Shown here: one piece after another, positions 53,003 to 62,103 of the stretch
Layout of the letters: the number at the start of each line of letters is the position of its first letter
Position numbering within the stretch: the first letter of the stretch is position 1
NCBI GenBank assembly: GCA_965207735.1
Contig: OZ242296.1
Location: 5,120,001 to 5,184,000, forward strand
DNA: 64,000 nucleotides
Reading direction: 5' to 3'
Source of the DNA: Candidatus Versatilivorator sp.
GTDB taxonomy: Bacteria; Acidobacteriota; Terriglobia; Versatilivoradales; Versatilivoraceae
Translations under genes and position numbers: made by a program
The notes under the pieces: model-generated
Databases searched by the model: none
The model's input: only the letters and a program-made list of their open reading frames with translations
What the model was told of the DNA's origin: nothing

Positions 53003-54741
53003 CTGGCCCCGTAGCCGACCGAGAGCTCGATTCGACTCACCCGCACCGGTCGATCTGCACCCGAGGGGCGCCGCTTGAGCCGCATCGAGAGCTGATTGTG
53101 GCCGCGGGTCAACCGCGCCACCGGGACCGGTAGCCGCAATCCTCTGAAGTCCATGTCCAGGCGCCGCCGAGGCGGGAAGCCCAGAATCCCCTGACCGGGG
53201 GGGATGTCCAGGCGGCAGGCTACCGGAGCCAGGTCTTTCACCGCGTCCATTTCTCCCGGCTCCAGCGGGTGGCCATTGAGCGAAAACTCCAGAATGTCGC
53301 CGGATAATCCGTCCAGGCCGACCAGCAGCTCGGCCCTGCCGGGCCGGCTGGAGGTCGATGAGATCTCGTCGGCGATGGGCAGGGTCAGCGTTTGACTGGC
53401 TCCCGCGCTGCCCAGGGTGAAGGGAAGCGGGGCTGCCTTGATCATGGTGTTGAAGCGGACTGAATCGGAGCGGGGGGAGCGTCCGGTCCGGTGGGCCTCG
53501 AATCGCTGCACCAGGGTGTAGCGCTTGTCCTTGTCCTGAAGCAGAGCCGGATCGGCAATCTCCCGAAGCAAGCGGCTGCGCCAGCTCCCGTAGAAGAACC
53601 AGTTGAAGGTGTAGAGCCCGTCGGCCCCGTCCCGCCAGAGGTTGGCGGCGCTGCCTCGAATTACCTCGTCGGGATAGATGGGATAGCCGTTGCCAAAGGG
53701 GTATAGGCTGGGATAGATGGGTAGCCGGCGGCTGCCCATGAGCTCTCTGAACCCGGACAGGCCCCGACACTCGGTCAATCCCTGCCCCAGAATCAGGGAA
53801 TCCACCAGCCCCTCCCGGATCCAGGCGGGAACTTCGAATCCTCCTTCCAGGCACCATTCCACCCGCTCGGGGACACGCACTGCAATCTCGATGGGACGCC
53901 CCCTTCTGGCCGCCCTCCGCCGCAGACTCCGCCTCACTGTTCGCATGAACTCGGTCAGAACCTTGCCTTTTTCCCGCTCCAGGCCCCGCGGGAAATAGAA
54001 AGTGTGCCGGAGCCAGTCGAGCTCGATGCCGTCGAAATCCCAGCGATCGAAGAATTCCTCGATGACCCGCAGCTTCAGTTCTCGGACCGGGGTCACCTCG
54101 AAATTCAGGGCGCTCCACCAATCCAGGTCGGGAACCAGCCAATCGGGGTTGATTCTCTTGAAGGTGGGCAGCTCCGGGTTGGGCAGGGTGCCCCGGGGGT
54201 GCTGCCCATCGTGAATATCGTTCATCCGGAGGGACACAAAGGCCCTCATCCCTCTGCGGCGGCATTCATCCACGATGATCCGGGGCGGGTTGTGGCCGGA
54301 GTCGGCCAAGCTCTTGGGGTTCAGGTACTGGTCCTTGGGATCGACCTCGATGCCTCCGTGCCAGGTCCTGCTTTCAGGGAACTGGAACAGGTCGGCTTGG
54401 CCGGGCCATTCCAGGACGTCGCTCTGATACTCGGCCACGTTGCCGCTGCCAAAGCTGAACAGCAGCGTGTCGACGCCGCTGTTCTCGATGGGCGTGAAGA
54501 CCAGGTCGGTAAATTCCTGCCGGCTCAAGGGGCCGCTGTTTTGGGGCAAGGCGGCGCGCCCCCAGCAGTGGATCATGGACCCATCGCAGTTGAACAGCAG
54601 CCGGCCCGGCCTGGAGTCGCGGGCGTCCGACCTGCCGGGATTGGCCAGGCAGGCCAGCCCTCCGGCCCCTGCCAGGAGAAAGCGGCGCCGGCTGAGCGGA
54701 AAGTCGTTGGGGAGGGACGAGGCCTTACCGGAACCAGTCAT
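52999..54741 (-). CDS. Tat-exported GHL10/DUF187-like TIM-barrel protein
   Basis: SRRRFL; FNCDG, SLRMNDIH, DFDGIELDWLRH, GADGLYTFNW. Confidence 0.75.
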   Translation of the reverse strand: MTGSGKASSLPNDFPLSRRRFLLAGAGGLACLANPGRSDARDSRPGRLLFNCDGSMIHCWGRAALPQNSGPLSRQEFTDLVFTPIENSGVDTLLFSFGSGNVAEYQSDVLEWPGQADLFQFPESRTWHGGIEVDPKDQYLNPKSLADSGHNPPRIIVDECRRRGMRAFVSLRMNDIHDGQHPRGTLPNPELPTFKRINPDWLVPDLDWWSALNFEVTPVRELKLRVIEEFFDRWDFDGIELDWLRHTFYFPRGLEREKGKVLTEFMRTVRRSLRRRAARRGRPIEIAVRVPERVEWCLEGGFEVPAWIREGLVDSLILGQGLTECRGLSGFRELMGSRRLPIYPSLYPFGNGYPIYPDEVIRGSAANLWRDGADGLYTFNWFFYGSWRSRLLREIADPALLQDKDKRYTLVQRFEAHRTGRSPRSDSVRFNTMIKAAPLPFTLGSAGASQTLTLPIADEISSTSSRPGRAELLVGLDGLSGDILEFSLNGHPLEPGEMDAVKDLAPVACRLDIPPGQGILGFPPRRRLDMDFRGLRLPVPVARLTRGHNQLSMRLKRRPSGADRPVRVSRIELSVGYGAS

Positions 54742-55924
54742 AGTTGAGCCCCAGGGAACGGTCGGCCAGTGGAAGGTCGATTCGAGCGCCCCCGTTCTTG
54801 GAAGACAGCTTGAGGGCTATCTCCACTTCCAGAGCGACGGCTACCCGGCGTCCCGAGTTCTTGGGCTCGTCCAGCCGGCCTTCCATGCAGTCCAACACGT
54901 CGGCCAGGCTGTAGACGGCGCCATAGGGCGGGACGAACTGGGGGTCGGGCCAGGGCATGGAGACCCGCCGGGTTCCCGCCGGCGTCTCGGCCGTCTGCCG
55001 GAGCTGCCAGCCGGTGACGAACGAAAAGCTCATCTCCCCTTTGCTGCCGCAGAGGCGGACCCCGGGAGCACCCCCGCGGAAGTGGACCACCCGCCCGTCG
55101 CGGGTGACCATCATTCCCTGGCCCCTGAACTCGTCGCTTCCGGATTCTCTTCGGGGCTGGTCCCCGGTCCCGCACACCCAGGCCGGCGGGCTGTCCAGAA
55201 AGTAGGACCAGTTCTGATGTTGAGCCGTGGGACTCGAGGCCTCGATGGAGAGCAGTTCGCCGATCGCCCCCTGCTGCACCAAGGCCCTGGCCCTGGCAAA
55301 GGAGGGGTGGGTGGTGGTGATGGCGCCGCAGTTGAGAGCAATGCCGCGATCGGCGCAGGCCTGGACCATGCGGTCGGCTTGCTCCAGGGTGTGGCACATG
55401 GGTTTCTCGGTGAAGATGCCCTTGGCTCCCAATTCCGCCGACTTGACGGTGAGAAAGGCCCGGCCCTTGGTGTTGGTCGCCACGGCAACGATATCGAGCT
55501 TTTCCCTTTCCATCATCTCGAGGGCGTCGGTGTAGAGGGCCTGGATGCCGTAGCGTTCTCCAAAAGCCTCGAGCCGTTTCCGGTCGCGGTCGGCGCCGGC
55601 CACCAGGCGCACTTCCGGACGATCCCACAGCGCTTCGGCGTAGGAGGTGGGGAGCCCTTCATTTCCAGGGTGGTCGTGGTGGTGGAATCGCCGGTGGATG
55701 TCCAACTTGGGCGTGGGCCGATCCGCGTCGTCCACATCGAAGCGATCGGGGATGCGCTCCGCAAGGTCGTAGAGCAAACCCATCCAGCCCAGGCCGATCA
55801 CCCCTGCCCGATACCGGGCCTTGCCGGGGTCTGCCCCCCCAGGTCCCGGAGTTCCGCCGGCGGAGGGCGCTCCGGACGCAAGCCCCGAGGCCAGAACCGT
55901 ATGAAGAAAGTGTCGTCTTTGCAT
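54725..55924 (-). CDS. Gfo/Idh/MocA family oxidoreductase with Tat-like leader
   Basis: GGAGG RBS; QRRHFL; YRAGVIGLGWMG, LDIVAVAT, IFTEKPM, GAIGEL. Confidence 0.88.
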   Translation of the reverse strand: MQRRHFLHTVLASGLASGAPSAGGTPGPGGADPGKARYRAGVIGLGWMGLLYDLAERIPDRFDVDDADRPTPKLDIHRRFHHHDHPGNEGLPTSYAEALWDRPEVRLVAGADRDRKRLEAFGERYGIQALYTDALEMMEREKLDIVAVATNTKGRAFLTVKSAELGAKGIFTEKPMCHTLEQADRMVQACADRGIALNCGAITTTHPSFARARALVQQGAIGELLSIEASSPTAQHQNWSYFLDSPPAWVCGTGDQPRRESGSDEFRGQGMMVTRDGRVVHFRGGAPGVRLCGSKGEMSFSFVTGWQLRQTAETPAGTRRVSMPWPDPQFVPPYGAVYSLADVLDCMEGRLDEPKNSGRRVAVALEVEIALKLSSKNGGARIDLPLADRSLGLNYDWFR

Positions 55925-56139
55925 GGCTTCCTCCCATCCACTTGGCGGGCTGCGGATGCCCGAACCGGATCCTGGCCGGCATCCCCTGGAATAGGACGCC
56001 AGGGCATCCGGAGCGGGGCAGGGCAAGGGTGCTGGTCAAGATCCCAGGATCCAATGCCGTCATTCTATGAAGGTTGGCTTGTTCTGTCGATAGCTATGGC
56101 ATTAAACTATCCCCAGCAAATTTCCAATGGGGTGAGAGC

Positions 56140-58677
56140 GTGTTGAGACCGATCTCGATCGGGGTGGCTCTTTTCACCGGTTTGGCGGCTTTCGCAGGCG
56201 CGGCTGAGGATACCTCGGTCCGGTTCCGGACGCAGATCAAACCCATCCTGGAGACCCACTGCCTTTCCTGCCACGACACCCGGACCCACAACAGCGGCCT
56301 GGTGCTGGAAACGCCGGAGGCCATTCTCCGGGGAGGCGCCCTCAACGGCCCCGCCGCCCAGCCCGGCAATGCCGCATCCAGTCCCCTGATCCAGTACCTT
56401 CGGGGTGAGAAGCAGCCGGCCATGCCCCTGGGAGAACCACCCCTGCCTGAGGAGGAGATCGGTCTGATCGCCGCATGGATCGACCAATTGCCGCCCCCGG
56501 CCGATGCTTCACAGGGAAAGGGAGCGGCCTGGCCCTTCACCCGCCTGAAGCCGCCGGGCATCCCGGCAGTTCGAAACCGGCACTGGGTGAGAAACCCCAT
56601 CGACGCCCTGGTCCTGGCCAAGTTGGAGAAACAGGGGATGCAACCGGCGCCGCCGGCTTCCCGGCGGTCCCTGCTGCGCCGGGTCTATTTCGATCTGACC
56701 GGCATGCCACCCACTCCGGAAGCCATGGCACGGTTTCTCGGTAACCCGGGCCAGGATGCCTATGAGCAGGAAGTCGAGAAACTGCTGCGCAATCCCCACT
56801 ACGGGGAGCGTTGGGGCAGGCACTGGCTCGATCTGGTTCGCTACGCCGATACCGAAGGGGGTGGCCCCGACTACCCTCGCCCCCACATCTGGCGCTACCG
56901 GGACTACGTCATTCGCGCTTTCAATCAGGACCGCGCTTACGACCGTTTTATCAAGGAGCAGCTGGCCGGCGATCTGAATGCGGTTTACGGCGCGGAGGGC
57001 AAACTCGGACTCGGGTTCCTCAATCTGGGGGTCGTCGGAGAGGACTCCGGGCGGCAGAATCTGCTGGTCGATTTGGTCGCCACCACCGGATCGGTCTTTC
57101 TGGGGCTCACCCTGGAGTGCGCTCGCTGTCACGACCACAAGTACGACCCCATTCCCACTCGCGACTACTACCGGACCGAGGCCTTCTTTTCCTCCCTCAG
57201 CCTGGGTGAAGCCGACCTTCCCTTTACTCAGTACGAGGGTCCCAGTCTCGATCCTGAAGCCTGGAAAGAGCGTGCCGAAGCCTGGCAGCGGGAGTTGGAC
57301 CAGCGCAAGGAGTTGAAGGAGAAGACCACGGCGGAATTTCTGAAGCGCCTGGAAAAGCCATTCCACCTGGTCGGAGGGCAGGACCTGAAGGACGGTGTGG
57401 TGCCGCTGGGCGATGCCGGCGAACTGAAGACGGCTCTCAATCGTGGAGTTCTGTTCACGCGGGAGGAGAGGGAACTCTATCGCCTGATCGAGAGACAGAA
57501 CACCGCCTACGGCAACGTGAGCCATCGGGATTACTTCAAGCCCAGGGTGCACGCCGCCCAAGAAATTCAGAGCCGGTATGGGGGACGTCGTCCCCACCCC
57601 GCCATGCCCACCACCTACATCCTGATGGGCGGCAATCCGGAATCCAGAGGGGAGGCGGTGCAGCCGGGTTTTCTGAACGTGCTTGAGGAGCAGTTTCCGT
57701 TCGAGAGCGAGAATCCCAGACAGAACCCCCGGCAGACGCTGGCCGAGTGGATCGCCCATCCCGACAATCCCTTGACGGCCCGAGTCATGGTGAACCGAAT
57801 CTGGCAGCACCATTTCGGCGAGGGGCTGGTGCGGACTGCCAGCGACTTCGGGCGGAACGGATCCGGAACCCTACACCCCGAGTTGATCGATTTTCTGGCC
57901 TCCTATTTTGTGCGGAACCGTTGGAGCATCAAGGCCGTGCATCGATTGATCCTGCAATCCAATGTCTACCGGCAGTCGATTCGGAACCCCCGCGCCGAGG
58001 AGTACCGCTCCCGGGACCCCGACAACCGCTACTTCTGGCGGAGCAATCCGCTACGATTGGAGGCCGAGGCGATCCGGGACAGCATTTTGGCCGTGAGTGG
58101 AGAGTTGAATCCCAGGATCGGAGGACCGGGATTCTTTCCCAAGGTCGAGGAAGACCTGTTGTGGGAGGGGGGAACCTGGTGGAAACCCTCCAGTCGGGAG
58201 GAAAGGAATCGGCGCACCGTCTACATGTGGCAGGGGCGGTCTTTTCAACTGCCCATGATGAGCGTCTTTGACGGAGCCAATCTGAACGAAAGCTGCTGGA
58301 GGCGGCAAGTGACCACCGTAGCCCCGCAGGTGTTCGCCCTCTTCAACAACCCCTTCGTGCACGAGCAGAGTCGCAGGATGGCGCGGCGGATCGTCCGGGA
58401 GGCAGGACCCGACCCCCAATCCCGACTGAAGCGGGCCTTCCAGTTGGCCCTTCAGCGGGATCCCACGCCCGAGGAATATTCCCGCGGGCTGGACTTTCTG
58501 ACGCGGCCCCTGACGGCCAGCCAGCCTCCCATAGAGTTGGCCAAGGGGCCCGCTACTGAGCCGGGGGTGGGCTCGGAGGCTTCGTTGCGGCTGCCGCCGC
58601 CTGCCGGAGACCAGGACCGGCTGGCCGACCTCTGCCTGGTTCTGTTGAACATGAACGAGTTCATTTTCTTGGAGTGA
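56140..58677 (+). CDS. Planctomycete cytochrome c + DUF1549 + DUF1553 (PSD1) protein
   Basis: CLSCH, NPIDALV, YGERWGRHWLDLVRY, ECARCHDHKYDPI, LLNMNEFIFLE; paralog of 45375-47933; start approximate. Confidence 0.93.
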   Translation: MLRPISIGVALFTGLAAFAGAAEDTSVRFRTQIKPILETHCLSCHDTRTHNSGLVLETPEAILRGGALNGPAAQPGNAASSPLIQYLRGEKQPAMPLGEPPLPEEEIGLIAAWIDQLPPPADASQGKGAAWPFTRLKPPGIPAVRNRHWVRNPIDALVLAKLEKQGMQPAPPASRRSLLRRVYFDLTGMPPTPEAMARFLGNPGQDAYEQEVEKLLRNPHYGERWGRHWLDLVRYADTEGGGPDYPRPHIWRYRDYVIRAFNQDRAYDRFIKEQLAGDLNAVYGAEGKLGLGFLNLGVVGEDSGRQNLLVDLVATTGSVFLGLTLECARCHDHKYDPIPTRDYYRTEAFFSSLSLGEADLPFTQYEGPSLDPEAWKERAEAWQRELDQRKELKEKTTAEFLKRLEKPFHLVGGQDLKDGVVPLGDAGELKTALNRGVLFTREERELYRLIERQNTAYGNVSHRDYFKPRVHAAQEIQSRYGGRRPHPAMPTTYILMGGNPESRGEAVQPGFLNVLEEQFPFESENPRQNPRQTLAEWIAHPDNPLTARVMVNRIWQHHFGEGLVRTASDFGRNGSGTLHPELIDFLASYFVRNRWSIKAVHRLILQSNVYRQSIRNPRAEEYRSRDPDNRYFWRSNPLRLEAEAIRDSILAVSGELNPRIGGPGFFPKVEEDLLWEGGTWWKPSSREERNRRTVYMWQGRSFQLPMMSVFDGANLNESCWRRQVTTVAPQVFALFNNPFVHEQSRRMARRIVREAGPDPQSRLKRAFQLALQRDPTPEEYSRGLDFLTRPLTASQPPIELAKGPATEPGVGSEASLRLPPPAGDQDRLADLCLVLLNMNEFIFLE

Positions 58678-58737
58678 AGCTTCGCCGAAGTCCCAGGTTT
58701 TTTTCGGCTCCGCCAGGAGAACCTTGCAAGAAAAACC

Positions 58738-60192
58738 ATGAAGCCTCCCAATCACGAATATTGCGGTCGATTCGAAGCCCCCGCTGCTTCCATGGGTGAG
58801 CTGGGGCGCCGGGATTTCCTGTTTCGCCTGGGACGCGGCGTTGGCGGCGTGGCCCTTTCCTCGATGCTTTTTCGGGAGGGCCTGCTGGGCGCCGGGGCAA
58901 CCGACAATTCGCTGGCGGCCAGGAAGGGCCATCGGCCGGCCCGGGCCAAGTCATGCATTTTCCTGTTCATGGCGGGCGGTCCCAGCCAGATGGACACTTT
59001 CGATCCCAAGCCGTTGTTGAACAAGTACCACGGCACCCCGGCCTTCGACGGCGCTCAGTTGCGCACCTCCGGAAGGAAGCTGCTCTACGTGGGAAGCCCC
59101 TTCCGCTTCAACAAGTTCGGCCGGAGCGGCACCGAAGTTTCGGACATGTTTCCCCATCTGGCCACCTGCGTGGACGACATGGCGGTGGTGCGGTCGATTC
59201 ACACCGACTCCGACGCCCACTCCCTGGCCACCTTCCTGATGAATACAGGGGCAGCGCTGCCCGGCAGTCCTTCGCTGGGTTCCTGGACGGTCTACGGGTT
59301 GGGAACCGAGAACGAGAATCTGCCGGCCTTCGTGGTGTTTCCCATCAGCGGCACCGGGGGCTTTGGCGGGCCCCAGAACTGGTCCAACGGATACCTGCCG
59401 GCCATCTACCAGGGAACCCCCCTCAAGTCGGAAGGTGTTCCCATCGTGGATCTGCAGCCCCCTGCGGGCACCACCGCCGGACGTCAGGAATCCAATATTC
59501 AGTTACTGAACCACTTCAACCGGCCCTACCTGGAAGGCCACCCGCTGAAGAGCGACCTTTGGGCCCGGATGAAGAACTACGAACTGGCCTTCCGCATGCA
59601 GATGACGGTGCCGGAAGCGTTGGACGTGGACAAGGAGCCGCCGGCCATTCGGGAGCTGTATGGACTCGACAACAAGATTACCGAGCCCATGGGCAGACGG
59701 TGCCTCATGGCCCGGCGACTGGTGGAGCGGGGCGTGCGCTTCGTGCAAATCTACTCCCGGGGCTGGGACTCCCACCAGGATATCGCCGGCCAGCACCGCC
59801 TGCGAGGCCTGGAAACCGACCGGCCCATGGCGGCCCTGTTGAAGGACCTCAAGCAGCGGGGCCTGCTGGATCAGACCCTGGTGGCCTGGGGAGGAGAATT
59901 CGGCCGCACTCCCCAGAGCCTGCCCCACAACTGGAAGGCCCCCGGGCGCGAACACAACAAGACGGCCATGCCCATGTGGTTCGCCGGTGGCGGCGTGAAG
60001 GGAGGCACGGTTGTGGGAGCCACCGATGAGCTGGGCGAGAAGGCGGTCGAGAACCCCTACCATCTCCACGATCTGCACGCCACCTTCCTTCACCTGATGG
60101 GGTTGGACGACATGCGCCTTTCCTACTACCACGCCGGCAGGTTCAAGCGCCTCACAGACCTGGGTGGCAACATCATCAAGGAGATGGTTTAG
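58738..60192 (+). CDS. DUF1501 domain protein
   Basis: GRRDFL; AKSCIFLFMAGGPSQMDTFDPKP, WDSH, GEFGRTP, GREH; paralog of 43869-45323. Confidence 0.92.
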   Translation: MKPPNHEYCGRFEAPAASMGELGRRDFLFRLGRGVGGVALSSMLFREGLLGAGATDNSLAARKGHRPARAKSCIFLFMAGGPSQMDTFDPKPLLNKYHGTPAFDGAQLRTSGRKLLYVGSPFRFNKFGRSGTEVSDMFPHLATCVDDMAVVRSIHTDSDAHSLATFLMNTGAALPGSPSLGSWTVYGLGTENENLPAFVVFPISGTGGFGGPQNWSNGYLPAIYQGTPLKSEGVPIVDLQPPAGTTAGRQESNIQLLNHFNRPYLEGHPLKSDLWARMKNYELAFRMQMTVPEALDVDKEPPAIRELYGLDNKITEPMGRRCLMARRLVERGVRFVQIYSRGWDSHQDIAGQHRLRGLETDRPMAALLKDLKQRGLLDQTLVAWGGEFGRTPQSLPHNWKAPGREHNKTAMPMWFAGGGVKGGTVVGATDELGEKAVENPYHLHDLHATFLHLMGLDDMRLSYYHAGRFKRLTDLGGNIIKEMV

Positions 60193-60194
60193 CC

Positions 60195-61886
60195 ATGAAC
60201 AGCCAACTTTCGCGCAGAGGATTTCTCGAAGCCGCGGTCGCCACTGCCGCCTGGTCTCGCCAAGGGTTTTCCGCATCCGACCCCGGGAGTGTAACTCCGG
60301 TCAAACTGGGCAGTCTTTCTCCCCGGGGCTCGCGGCGCATCCTCTACGTGAGCGACCCCTCCAGCATCGCCCGGCGCTATCTCCCCGATCCCGTTTCCGA
60401 GCGGGACCTCAGGAAATGGGTTGACACGCTGGCCGCGGCCCGTGTGGATCTGTTCATTCAGGAGGCCTACACCCAGGGGTGGACCACCTACTGGCGAAGC
60501 CCCCGGTACGACTATGACGCCAGACCCCAGCACCGTCGTTTCCTGCCCCTGCTGGATCAAGGCAAGCAGCCCCTGGGAATTCTGCTGGATCAATGCCGCC
60601 GGCGGGGCATGACTTTTATGGCCGGTCTCCGCGTGAACGACAATCACGGACACGTCTCCATCCGCCAGGGTGTGGGAGCGGGCGCTGCCTTCCTGGTGAA
60701 CAATCCCCAGTGGCAGATCCGCGAAACACCGCCGGGTCCCTACTATGCCTTGAGCACCCCCTTCGATTTCACTTTCGACCCGGTGCGGGAGTATTTCTTT
60801 TCGGTGAATGTCGAACTGGTCAATCGTTTCGACGTGGACGGCCTGGAGTTGTGCTTCCGGGATCACTTCTACTTCCCTCCGGGCAAGGGGCCGGAGCGAA
60901 AGGGCCTGATGACCGGGCTGATGAAACGCATCCGCCGCATGCTGGATGAAAAAGGACGGGAGAGGAACAGGAAGCTGCTGCTGGGGGCGCGGGTCTTCCA
61001 GACGCTGGAGGAGTGCGACACCATGGGGCTGGACGTACCTGCCTGGATAGCAGAGGGGCTCATCGACTACGTCTCTCCCGCCGACACCATGTACTGCGAG
61101 CCCAATCTTCCCCTGGAAGCCTTTTCCCGCCTGACACGCTCCGGTCCATGCTTGCTCTACCCGGGGCTGCTTCCCTGGAGCAGCATCCGCATGAGGCGCC
61201 GCCTGGGGGGACAGCCCATCACCCTGGACCAGCAGAGAGCCCTGGCCATGAACATGTACGGCGCCGGCGCCGACGGCATCTTCTACTACAACCACTTCGT
61301 GCCTCTCTCCTGGGAGCCCTTCTACCCTCATATGCTTCGGGGCCTGGCTGAGACCCGGGAGCCTCGGGACCTGGCCCGAGGCAACCGCCACTATGTCTTC
61401 GAGCCGCTTTGGGCCGGATGCCTGGGGTTCGGCGAAGACCGGCCCTCCACCGGAGCGGTCAAGGCGGACCGGATGGTGCTCGAGCGGGGCGCTCGGGGGG
61501 GTGAGGGGAAATATCGATTCCGGGTTTGTGAGCACATCGGAGGTTCCCGCGGAGCCTCGCTGCTGTTTCGGGCCTATCACGCCGTCGACGGCGATCGCTT
61601 CCAGGTCCGGGTCAACGGAACGCCGGTTCCCGATTCACGGCTGCGGAGACGCAGCGATGAACGACGTTCGGACCTGAAGGCCATCGTGGACCCCAACTCC
61701 ACCAGCAGTTCCGGCCTGCCTCCGGTACCCGAGCTTCCCGGTCCCTTCTCCACCTTCTGGTTCGATCTGACCGAGCCCCCGGCGCAGCTTGGAGACAACT
61801 GGCTGGAAGTGCGGCTGACCCACGGCGATCCGGACCAGACCCGGGATATTCTGATCGATGAAGTGGAAGTCTTCGTCACCGCCTGA
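60195..61886 (+). CDS. Tat-exported GHL10/DUF187-like protein
   Basis: SRRGFL; GLRVNDNH, DVDGLELCFRDH, GADGIFYYNH; starts 2 bp after the DUF1501 stop. Confidence 0.75.
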   Translation: MNSQLSRRGFLEAAVATAAWSRQGFSASDPGSVTPVKLGSLSPRGSRRILYVSDPSSIARRYLPDPVSERDLRKWVDTLAAARVDLFIQEAYTQGWTTYWRSPRYDYDARPQHRRFLPLLDQGKQPLGILLDQCRRRGMTFMAGLRVNDNHGHVSIRQGVGAGAAFLVNNPQWQIRETPPGPYYALSTPFDFTFDPVREYFFSVNVELVNRFDVDGLELCFRDHFYFPPGKGPERKGLMTGLMKRIRRMLDEKGRERNRKLLLGARVFQTLEECDTMGLDVPAWIAEGLIDYVSPADTMYCEPNLPLEAFSRLTRSGPCLLYPGLLPWSSIRMRRRLGGQPITLDQQRALAMNMYGAGADGIFYYNHFVPLSWEPFYPHMLRGLAETREPRDLARGNRHYVFEPLWAGCLGFGEDRPSTGAVKADRMVLERGARGGEGKYRFRVCEHIGGSRGASLLFRAYHAVDGDRFQVRVNGTPVPDSRLRRRSDERRSDLKAIVDPNSTSSSGLPPVPELPGPFSTFWFDLTEPPAQLGDNWLEVRLTHGDPDQTRDILIDEVEVFVTA

Positions 61887-62103
61887 GGGGAAAAGAGTTA
61901 TCCTCTGCCGCAGCATCTCGTCCTGACTTTCCAGTGTATCCATGTTCAATCTGTAGAAAACCGAATTAACGTGACATGGTCCTTGTTGCCGATTGGCCAT
62001 GAAGTTTTGTTGTTTTACTCTCGTACGATCGGCCCGGCACGGTGAGGCCGCAGACTGGATAGGGCGCCGGCTGAAAAGGGGACATCGTTTTTGGTCTATG
62101 TGT

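Noticed and set aside
58676-58710. Terminator between DUF1553 and DUF1501
   Set aside because: A T-run is present but the preceding stem is short and separated from it; not supportable.
61885-61905. GAAAAGAGTTATCC resembling the intron 5' flank
   Set aside because: Only about 12 nt match and it stops before the target site; could be chance.
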